Part shown: positions 36,843-44,152 of the stretch, in pieces
How the letters are laid out: each line of letters begins with the position of its first letter
How positions within the stretch are numbered: position 1 is the stretch's first letter
Virus record (IMG/VR): IMGVR_UViG_3300019742_000001
DNA length: 64,000 nucleotides
DNA from: a virus
Taxonomy: Duplodnaviria; Caudoviricetes
Strand: one strand, 5' to 3'
Made by a program: the position numbers and the translations under genes
The notes under the pieces: model-generated
Told to the model about the DNA's origin: nothing
What the model saw: only the letters and a program-made list of their open reading frames with translations
Database searches by the model: none

Positions 36843-37660
36843 GGGTGGGTCTGAGATTACGACCCACCTTTGTTAGAACTTTCGTTAGATTATCCGTAGG
36901 GGGCAACCCTTTGGTTCCTAACTTATCCACACATCATTCCAATGTGTATTCCAACGTGACTACCTTTTTTAAAGAGTGGTTTTTCTCTTGTCCTGTAAGT
37001 CTATTCAATACTTTGTCTACCCTAGTGAGTAATTAATTCCCTAAGTGCGACTCCCTATCAACACTCTCCAACTTGCGGTCTTTGAGTGCCCCAATTCACA
37101 ATACATGTTGGGGATTAAGCCACTTTCAACTTACAGCGGGGCCAACTTTGCGTTTACAATATTGGAATTGAACCAATAAATGTCAGATTAGAATTCTGAT
37201 TGACAACCTTTGTCAGATTGAACTATCCATGATGTGTGACCCCTGTGGATTCATAACCTTGCGATTACAAAATACCACACACCATATATCTTTCCCTTTT
37301 GTATCGGTACTCAATGGTTTTTCAAGATTTTGTCTGCCTCCTCACAAAGACACCCAATACCTATCAAACTACGAACCGCCCTTGACACTACTCTCAGACT
37401 ATGTTCATTATCCCTTATCTTTCATAAATGGAATGTTTGGTATGTAGTATTTCGGTACCACCCGAAACTCGTTTAGACCAGTGTTACCCACCTAAACTTT
37501 TTCCTACACATCCGTCATTACTTATGTCCACCTACTACAGTGAACACCCTTTACGGGAAGATGAGACTTGTTTGGTTATCCATTCGAAAATGGCGGGGAA
37601 GTGATAGAACTTACCCCTTTCGTTACGTTTCCGTAATTTATTTGTTGACACCAAACTGCC
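36843..37660 (-). ncRNA. GOLLD-like large noncoding RNA (boundaries approximate)
   Basis: ~800 nt with no credible ORF, dense hairpins, own promoter; 3' part GTGGATAAG..GGAA..ATAATC..AAAG..GTAATCTCAG resembles GOLLD as I recall it. Confidence 0.6.
37152..37223 (-). pseudogene. degenerate tRNA-like element nested in the large ncRNA (anticodon register TCT)
   Basis: D stem TGACAA/TTGTCA, anticodon stem TCAGA/TCTGA, T arm ATTGG-TTCAATT-CCAAT; weak acceptor stem, no CCA. Confidence 0.55.
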
Positions 37661-37664
37661 AATT

Positions 37665-37731
37665 TTATATTTTCAAAGATCGTTCTGTTTCAATGTTTGT
37701 CTACTATAACAACTTGTTCTGTCTTTGTAAA
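37665..37731 (-). promoter_or_regulatory. sigma70 promoter plus boxA-like site
   Basis: TTTACA-N17-TATAGT (37703-37731), then GATCTTTGAAAA (37665-37681). Confidence 0.6.
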
Positions 37732-37752
37732 CCACCTTTTTAATTTTAATTT

Positions 37753-37828
37753 TGGTGCGGGTAGTAGGGTTTGAACCTACGACGTACGATTTAAAAGACC
37801 GTTACTCTACCAACTGAGTTATACCCGC
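37753..37828 (-). tRNA. tRNA-Lys(TTT)
   Basis: Canonical cloverleaf, CCA end. Confidence 0.93.
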
Positions 37829-37839
37829 TCAGTTTTTAA

Positions 37840-37916
37840 TGGTAGGGATGACAGGAATCGAACCTGCATTGTACGAGTTAAAAGCCCGTTGTAAAACCAA
37901 TTTTTACTACATCCCC
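37840..37916 (-). tRNA. tRNA-Lys(TTT), second divergent copy
   Basis: CT TTT AA, CCA end. Confidence 0.88.
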
Positions 37917-38016
37917 ACAGACACATTTGTTTTACGTGTCCGTGGGAGTGTGTTAATCTCTTATCCCAAGAACACGATGAGTTTATCTTGTTTTCGTTTC
38001 ATCGTTAATCTCCTGT

Positions 38017-38304
38017 TTATTTTTTGTCAATAACTAAATTCATTTCTGTAACATATTTTCTTAAAATAACATAAGTTCCAAACTTATGTGTAATATTATA
38101 CTTTTCACTATCCCTTGTCAAGAACCAACTATAAATTTTATAAAGTTCTCTGTAATCGGTGTTTGTCAACTGTCTAACCGACAAATTACTTTCACGGTTG
38201 AATCTAATCGTCAAAACCCAAATATCTGGCAGTTTAGGTCTTGGTGTCTTTGGAAGTGTACCATTAATCGTAAAAAACTTGTATACCCATTCCTTCATAC
38301 TCAC
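38017..38304 (-). CDS. hypothetical protein
   Basis: 95 aa ORF. Confidence 0.5.
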   Translation of the reverse strand: MSMKEWVYKFFTINGTLPKTPRPKLPDIWVLTIRFNRESNLSVRQLTNTDYRELYKIYSWFLTRDSEKYNITHKFGTYVILRKYVTEMNLVIDKK

Positions 38305-38316
38305 ACCTTTCGTTTA

Positions 38317-38541
38317 TTAACACTGGAAATAAATGTCATCAACGATTTCAATATCCGTTAACGATTCCAACTCTTCAATTGCTGATGTCTGTGTAAGACT
38401 CTTTAAGTGTATTTGTGGATAACACCATCCAGTTTTTACATTCTGGAAAGATTTGGTCACATCCTTTAACATAAAATAGTAACCTTCATTGTCAATACTC
38501 TTTAATAATATACCTTTTCCAAGTAGTGTTTCATTATCCAT
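38317..38541 (-). CDS. hypothetical protein
   Basis: 74 aa ORF. Confidence 0.5.
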   Translation of the reverse strand: MDNETLLGKGILLKSIDNEGYYFMLKDVTKSFQNVKTGWCYPQIHLKSLTQTSAIEELESLTDIEIVDDIYFQC

Positions 38542-38683
38542 ACAAATTCCTTTATTGGATGCCGATCTCTCCCCAACTTCAAAATCCTAAGTGGTATCGA
38601 CTACGCTCCCACTAACTTAGACCTTCTACGTGGAAGAATCCCTCTTTTCGTTCTCCACACCTCAGCGTGAAGTTTTACGACTC

Positions 38684-38839
38684 TTACCTACCTTGACCAC
38701 GATATCGTTTGACACCACGTTTCTTATTCCGTTTTTTCTTTTCTGGTCGTGAACATTTACCACCGCCAATCGTGGTCACCATCTTTCTACCATTAATCGA
38801 TTTGTCGTTTGCTGTTGTTCCTCTGATTTTCTTAGCCAT
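38684..38839 (-). CDS. small basic phage protein ending KRYRGQGR (51 aa, not in ORF track)
   Basis: Translated by hand: MAKKIRGTT...KRNKKRGVKRYRGQGR*. Confidence 0.65.
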   Translation of the reverse strand: MAKKIRGTTANDKSINGRKMVTTIGGGKCSRPEKKKRNKKRGVKRYRGQGR

Positions 38840-38916
38840 TTCGTTTCCTTCTGTTAGTGGTTAATTTCAATAATAATAACACTCTGTTTCAATAATGTAA
38901 ACTATCTTTTTAAAAA

Positions 38917-38994
38917 TGGTAGGAGTAGAGGGATTCGAACCCATCACTTTATGCCGTTTAAAGACACTGACTCTGCCAATTGGTCTATACTCCC
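38917..38994 (-). tRNA. tRNA-Leu(TAA), short variable arm
   Basis: GTGTC TTTAAAC GGCAT arm, CCA end. Confidence 0.85.
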
Positions 38995-39003
38995 ATATAA
39001 ACT

Positions 39004-39209
39004 TAGTTGTTGATAGTGGTCGTTACCCCACTAATTCTTCCGATTTCCACGGTTACTCGCTGTGTATTGGAACAGGTTACACCTGCACTTCCCCGTTTAT
39101 AGGGTGTCTCCTAATTACCTATTACGAACCAATGATTTCAGGTAATACAGTCTCTTTAAAGTCCATGTTCGATTACAGACTACATGACTTACATGTTTAT
39201 CAACAACTA
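39004..39209 (-). ncRNA. unassigned structured RNA candidate (206 nt)
   Basis: Perfect 12-bp terminal inverted repeat TAGTTGTTGATA/TATCAACAACTA enclosing several hairpins. Confidence 0.45.
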
Positions 39210-39395
39210 TTTCTTTTCTTCTACTGTATCACTTAAATCATGGATTGTCCCACAATTATCACAATAAATATTTACTGATGGATCAAAGACAACTTCTTCA
39301 TCTGACATATCATGACCTTCTGGATCGATTGAGTATGTAAATGAATCATTACACCCACAGTTTCCACATATAACATGTAATCTCGCCCTTACCAT
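39207..39395 (-). CDS. small zinc-ribbon protein
   Basis: CGNCGC ... CDNCG. Confidence 0.6.
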   Translation of the reverse strand: MVRARLHVICGNCGCNDSFTYSIDPEGHDMSDEEVVFDPSVNIYCDNCGTIHDLSDTVEEKK

Positions 39396-39413
39396 ATCAA
39401 TCTCCGTCTAAAT

Positions 39414-39491
39414 TGGTGTTCCTAGTGGGATTCGAACCCGACAATAATCGCTTATAAGGCAACCGTTATAGACCATTTTAACTACAGGAAC
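39414..39491 (-). tRNA. tRNA-Ile(TAT)
   Basis: GTTGC CT TAT AA GCGAT arm, CCA end. Confidence 0.85.
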
Positions 39492-39498
39492 GTGTAAC

Positions 39499-39574
39499 TG
39501 GTGGATCTCCACGGACTTGAACCGTGATAATACGTCTTATGAGGACGCTGCTCTACCAATTGAGCTAAAGATCC
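39499..39574 (-). tRNA. tRNA-Ile2/Met(CAT)
   Basis: CT CAT AA; GGATCTT acceptor resembles lysidine-type Ile2. Confidence 0.85.
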
Positions 39575-39578
39575 AAAA

Positions 39579-39655
39579 TGGTGTCCCCGATAGGATTCGA
39601 ACCTATGACTAATAGCTTAGAAGGCTACTGCTCTATTCCGCTGAGCTACGGAGAC
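39579..39655 (-). tRNA. tRNA-Arg(TCT)
   Basis: Canonical cloverleaf, CCA end. Confidence 0.93.
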
Positions 39656-39663
39656 ATGTAACT

Positions 39664-39768
39664 TGTAATATCACTTTAACGAATGCTTCACCATATTTGC
39701 CCCACCGACAGTCAAGCCGAGGAGGGAATCGAACCCTCTTTCTTTCGTCTTGCAAAAGTGATATTACA
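39664..39768 (-). ncRNA. YrlA-like Y RNA (permuted tRNA mimic)
   Basis: 14-bp terminal stem, GACGAAAG (GNCGAANG) motif, then T arm, loop-closed acceptor-like stem and D-like loop. Confidence 0.7.
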
Positions 39769-39774
39769 TAAATT

Positions 39775-39850
39775 TGGTCAGGAGTATCGGGTACGATCCG
39801 ATATACACAGAGTCACAATCTATGCGATTAACCATTTATCTTAACTCCTG
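39775..39850 (-). tRNA. tRNA-His(GTG)
   Basis: TT GTG AC loop; A73 and genomic T at -1. Confidence 0.85.
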
Positions 39851-39860
39851 ATGATTTGTA

Positions 39861-39948
39861 ATACTCAGTGAGGGAATTGAACCCTCATCTCTCCGTCGAG
39901 GTAGTGATCTAATCCGTCTAGGGATATCCGTTTGATCTAACTGAGTAT
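39861..39948 (-). pseudogene. tRNA-like element with non-canonical anticodon region
   Basis: Acceptor ACTCAGT/ACTGAGT and intact T arm; no 7-nt anticodon loop, no CCA. Confidence 0.5.
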
Positions 39949-39955
39949 AATTTTT

Positions 39956-40029
39956 TGGTACTCCTAGATGGAATCGAACCACCGTTGTCTGGATGTAAGC
40001 CAGTCGTACTACCATTGTACTATAGGAGT
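39956..40029 (-). tRNA. tRNA-Val(TAC)
   Basis: CT TAC AT, CCA end. Confidence 0.9.
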
Positions 40030-40204
40030 ATGTTGTAACGTCGCCAATTTACCGTCTGGAAGTCTCTGAGTGGTTTATACTATACTATAGACATCTACCG
40101 AGGAATATAGTATTCGTGTGTTCCACATTACCTACCGCTAAATAGGTTTTCCTTCTCTACAGATTCATTATCCGATTGACACGAATAAATCAGCTATTAT
40201 CTTA

Positions 40205-40282
40205 TGGTAGCCCGTGAGGGTGTTGAACCCTCCCTTTACACCGTTTGAAGATGCTCCCTCTGCCAACGTGGGGTAACGAGCC
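40205..40282 (-). tRNA. tRNA-Leu(CAA), short variable arm
   Basis: TT CAA AC, CCA end. Confidence 0.85.
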
Positions 40283-40413
40283 ATAACTTTCTGTCTCAAT
40301 GTTTTTACATAGTAACCTATCATATAAACATTGTCAACTAATTACTTACTGAGGTTGGAGTCAAACCAACATTTGTCTAAAAGGTCTTGCTCAATCGCAT
40401 CCTACAGTAAAAA

Positions 40414-40552
40414 GGAGGGTAGGATGAGTATCGACCTCATCTTCCTTGGTCCCCACTCTCAACGGTACCGTCTCCAAGTGGTTTCTTTTGTTTACACGGT
40501 TCACATCTAAGGTTTCTGTGGTACCACTTTCACCGTTGATGTCCGACTACCC
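40414..40552 (-). ncRNA. tRNA-like RNA with long branched insert in place of the anticodon arm
   Basis: GGGTAG/CTACCC acceptor, GATGAG-GTCGATA-CTCATC T-like arm, TCAACGGT/ACCGTTGA and AAGTGGT/ACCACTT stems. Confidence 0.45.
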
Positions 40553-40560
40553 ATAATATT

Positions 40561-40636
40561 TGGTGGAAGAAAAGGGAATCGAACCCTAAAGACCCTCTGT
40601 ATGCAAAACAGAGTCGCAACCCCAATGCCTTCTCCC
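40561..40636 (-). tRNA. tRNA-Ala(TGC)
   Basis: TT TGC AT, G3:U70 pair, CCA end. Confidence 0.9.
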
Positions 40637-40673
40637 ATGATTTTTCATACATAATCGATTTAATTCCGATTAT

Positions 40674-41231
40674 CTATGTAATTTTTAACTTCTTTCGTAT
40701 CATAGTCTCAGATACACCAATTATCTCAGCAATTCTTGAGTTAGTCAAAGTTTTTTTCATTTCAACTAAGTCAAACTTTGACCAATCAACTTTACCTCTA
40801 AGTGATCCAGCACATTTCTTTGAACATGTTGTATATGTTTTTGGTTTTTCTTTACCACAAACAGGACAATACGTTACTTCTGTTTGTATGTAAATCACAA
40901 AATCTTCATCAAAAGTATTATGTGTCTCTGGTAATTCTGTTATACCACTATGAACTTCTTTGTGACAATTTGAACATAAAAGAATACATTTCCTTAGTTC
41001 TTTAACTATATTGTCCCACGATTTTGGATTAGCCATTACATTACCAAATGACAATTCCTTTTCTTCTGGATCAATGTGATGTAATTCTAATGCGTTGTTA
41101 CACTTATCATAACTACATATTTGACAACAACCACCCATTGATTCAACTATTCGTGATTTTGTAGAACTTCTCCACTTTTTTACTGCGTCTGATTGTTTAC
41201 TCACAACAAACCTCCAATTTGATATTAACAA
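40674..41231 (-). CDS. free-standing HNH homing endonuclease
   Basis: CQIC...LELHHIDP.EK...ELRKCILLCSNCHKEVH; TATAAATA at 41245-41252. Confidence 0.85.
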   Translation of the reverse strand: MLISNWRFVVSKQSDAVKKWRSSTKSRIVESMGGCCQICSYDKCNNALELHHIDPEEKELSFGNVMANPKSWDNIVKELRKCILLCSNCHKEVHSGITELPETHNTFDEDFVIYIQTEVTYCPVCGKEKPKTYTTCSKKCAGSLRGKVDWSKFDLVEMKKTLTNSRIAEIIGVSETMIRKKLKIT

Positions 41232-41268
41232 TACCTGTTAATAGTATTTATAAAAGTTTGTATTAATT

Positions 41269-41343
41269 TGGCTCCGAAGGTAGGGATCGAACCTACGACC
41301 TTGAAGTTAACAGCTTCCTGCTCTACCGCTGAGCTACTTCGGA
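41269..41343 (-). tRNA. tRNA-Asn(GTT)
   Basis: Canonical cloverleaf. Confidence 0.95.
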
Positions 41344-41351
41344 ATAAATAA

Positions 41352-41425
41352 TGGTGCCTCTTGGTGGAATCGAACCACCATCAAACGATTATCAGCCGTC
41401 TGCGCTACCGTTGTGCTAAAGAGGC
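41352..41425 (-). tRNA. tRNA-Ile(GAT)
   Basis: CT GAT AA. Confidence 0.92.
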
Positions 41426-41504
41426 ATATAACTAAAAAATGGTTGGTCCGACGAAGACCATAAAGAACCAGAGGAGTCACCTCAACCTGTTCAACCATTA
41501 AACT

Positions 41505-41583
41505 TGGAGCGGATATGGTGAATCGAACACCTTGCGATGGGTTGGAAACCCACTGTCACACCATGTAACTGAGCGATACCCGC
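41505..41583 (-). tRNA. tRNA-Gly(TCC)
   Basis: GTGGG TT TCC AA CCCAT arm, U73, CCA end. Confidence 0.85.
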
Positions 41584-41596
41584 ATTTCTTACTAAA

Positions 41597-41674
41597 TGGT
41601 AGCCCGTGAGGGTGTTGAACCCTCCCTTTACAGTTTCTAAAACTGCTCCCTCTGCCAACGTGGGGTAACGAGCC
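41597..41674 (-). tRNA. tRNA-Leu(TAG), short variable arm
   Basis: TT TAG AA; identical to Leu(CAA) outside the anticodon arm. Confidence 0.85.
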
Positions 41675-41867
41675 ATAAAATTAAACTTGATCTGACTACC
41701 CCAGATTGTAACCCCAGAACTTGTGATCCTTGGTTATCAAGTTTTATGATTGTACAAGGAATGACTAATTTCCTCTGGACGTTTCCAATATATTCGGTTC
41801 GAACCAAGTATATCGTATAGACGTGTCTTAAATCGCCTTAGATAGTCATACAATCATTTCGTAAATT

Positions 41868-41943
41868 TGGTGGAACCACAAGGTAACGATCCTTGACCTT
41901 CTGGACTTCAATCAGACGTGCAGACCATCTACACCATAGTTCC
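41868..41943 (-). tRNA. tRNA-Phe(GAA)
   Basis: TT GAA GT, CCA end. Confidence 0.85.
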
Positions 41944-41949
41944 GTAATT

Positions 41950-41980
41950 TGGCAGGGATAGTAGGGATCGAACCCACATC
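41950..41980 (-). pseudogene. 3' remnant of a tRNA-Trp-like gene
   Basis: T arm plus TATCCCTGCCA, the same 3' end as tRNA-Trp at 42460. Confidence 0.7.
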
Positions 41981-41985
41981 CAAAC

Positions 41986-42396
41986 CTATTTATTTTTTTC
42001 CATGTAGTGTATTTCTGAGTGACAATTCTTACACAAAACAACACACTTGTCAATTTCAATTATTATCTTTTCCTTGTTCATACCATCCGCCACCATTTTA
42101 CTAACACCCTTTACCTTTTTAGTAGGATCTAAATGATGAAAGTCTAAACAATAGTATCTATCTTCCCCACAATTAGAACATTTCAGGGTTTTCTTGTAAT
42201 CAGCAAACCATAAAGATAACTTTTTTTGTGATCTCCTACTACTTTCAACATACTTCTCTTTATTATCTTCGTAGTGTTTCTTAGTTGATATTGCTTGACA
42301 TACCTTACAATAATACTGATACCCATCATTCTTCGACTTATTCTTGTTGAACTCAGACAAAGATTTTTCTTGTTTACACCTACTACACACCTTCAT
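41986..42396 (-). CDS. free-standing HNH homing endonuclease
   Basis: CSRC...F.KNK..DG....CK.C; CSNCGE...LDFHHLDP..K...KCVVLCKNCH; TATAAATA at 42415-42422. Confidence 0.88.
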   Translation of the reverse strand: MKVCSRCKQEKSLSEFNKNKSKNDGYQYYCKVCQAISTKKHYEDNKEKYVESSRRSQKKLSLWFADYKKTLKCSNCGEDRYYCLDFHHLDPTKKVKGVSKMVADGMNKEKIIIEIDKCVVLCKNCHSEIHYMEKNK

Positions 42397-42459
42397 AATA
42401 ATCTCCTATGAAAGTATTTATAAAAGTTTCCAAACTATCAACTGTTGTTTGGAGTTAAT

Positions 42460-42533
42460 TGGCAGGGATACAACGAATCGAACGCTGATTAGAGGTGTTG
42501 GAAGCCCCTGTATTACCATTATACGATATCCCT
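42460..42533 (-). tRNA. tRNA-Trp(CCA)
   Basis: Positional register gives TT CCA AC; G73, CCA end. Confidence 0.8.
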
Positions 42534-42655
42534 ATAAAAAATCTGTTATTGCATATTATATTAGCTCTTTCCTTTCACATTGCAGGTGAATTAAGTGATA
42601 AGTGTACTCCACACTAATAAAGGTTTATGCTATACATCTATAACAGAAATTACTG

Positions 42656-42698
42656 ATCTCTCTGGTGGGATTTAAACCCACATTAGTTTCAGAGAGAT
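42656..42698 (-). ncRNA. tRNA minihelix-like element (acceptor-like stem plus T arm)
   Basis: TCTCTCTG/CAGAGAGA stem with GTGGG-TTTAAAT-CCCAC. Confidence 0.4.
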
Positions 42699-42702
42699 AA
42701 TT

Positions 42703-42778
42703 TGGTAGTGCTGGGGGGAATTGAACCCACCGTGATCAGATTGAAAATCTGAGATCCTAACCATTAGATGACAGCACC
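42703..42778 (-). tRNA. tRNA-Glu(TTC)
   Basis: TT TTC AA. Confidence 0.92.
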
Positions 42779-42898
42779 ATATTCTTTGTAAATTAAATTT
42801 TAAACGGTTACTTTACCGAGAGGATATTCCAATGTAAAGTCTTCCCATATCAACTTTACGAGGAAGGGGGGAACTCAAGATGTTTCACCGTTCAAACT

Positions 42899-42974
42899 TG
42901 GCGCCTCATACGGTATTCGAAACCGCAACAACTTGATCGACAATCAAGCTCCATTCCCAGATGGACCATAAGGC
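42899..42974 (-). tRNA. tRNA-Asp(GTC)
   Basis: TT GTC GA, G73. Confidence 0.85.
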
Positions 42975-43309
42975 ATTTTCTTTAATTTAGTGGAACAAGG
43001 AGTGTATGCCCTGATTTACTATCCACGTCCTGTGTGGATATCCACTAAAAGGTTTGGTAACCGCACCGTATCCCTTAGACTTGTCGAGGTAGTCGCCGTG
43101 ATTGGTTACCCGTAAATTCTGGTTAATCGGGATTCCATTTCCATCAGCGACCAAGCCAATTTACTACGGTATCCTTTTCACCACGGTCACATAACAATCA
43201 ACTGGTTAGGAATATGCCTCTGTGACCTAAACTTGTCACGGTTTTCGCCTCTCAGGACGGGTCTACATCAAATTAATGATCACCGTGAACCCTCTTTCTT
43301 TCGTATTAA

Positions 43310-43383
43310 TGGTCGGAAAGGTTGGAATCGAACCAACGTTACCTTCGTCCAAGGAAGGGTGAGTACCATTCTCTTACTCTCCG
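43310..43383 (-). tRNA. tRNA-Pro(TGG)
   Basis: CT TGG AC, CGG acceptor start. Confidence 0.9.
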
Positions 43384-43440
43384 TAATTCTTAAAACATCT
43401 TATCAGGAGTGTTCTCAACTGTCAAGATGTTTATAAATTT

Positions 43441-43523
43441 TGGTGGGAGGCGGAAGATTCGAACTTCTCCCCGAAGGAATGGTTTTACAGACCACTTGCT
43501 AGAGCCACTAGCTTTCACCTCCC
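43441..43523 (-). tRNA. tRNA-Tyr(GTA)
   Basis: CT GTA AA, variable arm. Confidence 0.92.
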
Positions 43524-43548
43524 ATATTTTTTACTTTTTCAAAAAACA

Positions 43549-43626
43549 TTCAATTGTCAAAGATCAGTGTTTCCGTTGTTTCGTTTAACGTGAGATCATC
43601 TTACCAAATCTCTTTCCTATCGTCAA
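43549..43626 (-). promoter_or_regulatory. sigma70 promoter plus boxA-like site
   Basis: TTGACG-N17-TAAGAT (43598-43626), then GATCTTTGACAATTGAA (43549-43565). Confidence 0.6.
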
Positions 43627-43829
43627 CCACTTTCTTTTAGTTTCAATAATTCTTCTTCAACCAATTTGGGATTTACTAGACCACGTGTTTTCTGCATCAC
43701 ACCCTTAAAAACTGTGTTATAAGGAACTTCATTCATTCCAGTTGTGTCTTCATCAAATATTTCATTGATTGCTTTGTATATCTCAAACATATAGGTAATT
43801 CTACTTCCTGTCAACTGTTTTCTTATCAT
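43623..43829 (-). CDS. small protein resembling the GatB/YqeY C-terminal helical domain
   Basis: FKGVMQKTRGLVNPKLVEEEL. Confidence 0.45.
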   Translation of the reverse strand: MIRKQLTGSRITYMFEIYKAINEIFDEDTTGMNEVPYNTVFKGVMQKTRGLVNPKLVEEELLKLKESG

Positions 43830-43842
43830 ACAAATCCTTTAA

Positions 43843-43914
43843 TGGAGGGTATGGAGGGAATTGAACCCTCGTTCATCGTTTTGCAGACGATACACCGAAC
43901 CATCGAACATACCC
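43843..43914 (-). tRNA. tRNA-Cys(GCA)
   Basis: CT GCA AA, U73, CCA end. Confidence 0.9.
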
Positions 43915-43915
43915 A

Positions 43916-44152
43916 TTAAATTTGAAATAAACTATTGTCTAATATTTCTTGTGTTTCTGGTAATTCTTTTCCTACTGAACCAGTATATCGGTCTTTTAAT
44001 ACCTGACCCGTTGTTATATTCTTAATATAAACAGCATCATACATTTTTCTAACTGGAATCGTTCTACTTGGGTTTGTATCAATGGTCTGATGAATATACT
44101 CAATCTTACCATCACCATAAATATACTTGTATACAAAAAATGAATTTTTCAT
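43916..44152 (-). CDS. hypothetical protein
   Basis: 78 aa ORF. Confidence 0.5.
   Translation of the reverse strand: MKNSFFVYKYIYGDGKIEYIHQTIDTNPSRTIPVRKMYDAVYIKNITTGQVLKDRYTGSVGKELPETQEILDNSLFQI

Noticed and set aside
37152-37223. Possible amber-suppressor tRNA (TT CTA AT reading)
   Set aside because: The anticodon stem pairs only in the register that gives TCT; the acceptor stem is broken and there is no CCA
40414-40552. tmRNA call
   Set aside because: Too short, no G3:U70 pair, no tag ORF and no CCA; kept only as an unassigned tRNA-like RNA
35318-42059. ORFs or ORF extensions overlapping tRNA genes (35318-35467, 36691-36876, 38916-39236, 41491-41676, 41838-42059)
   Set aside because: The sequence is fully explained by tRNA cloverleaves
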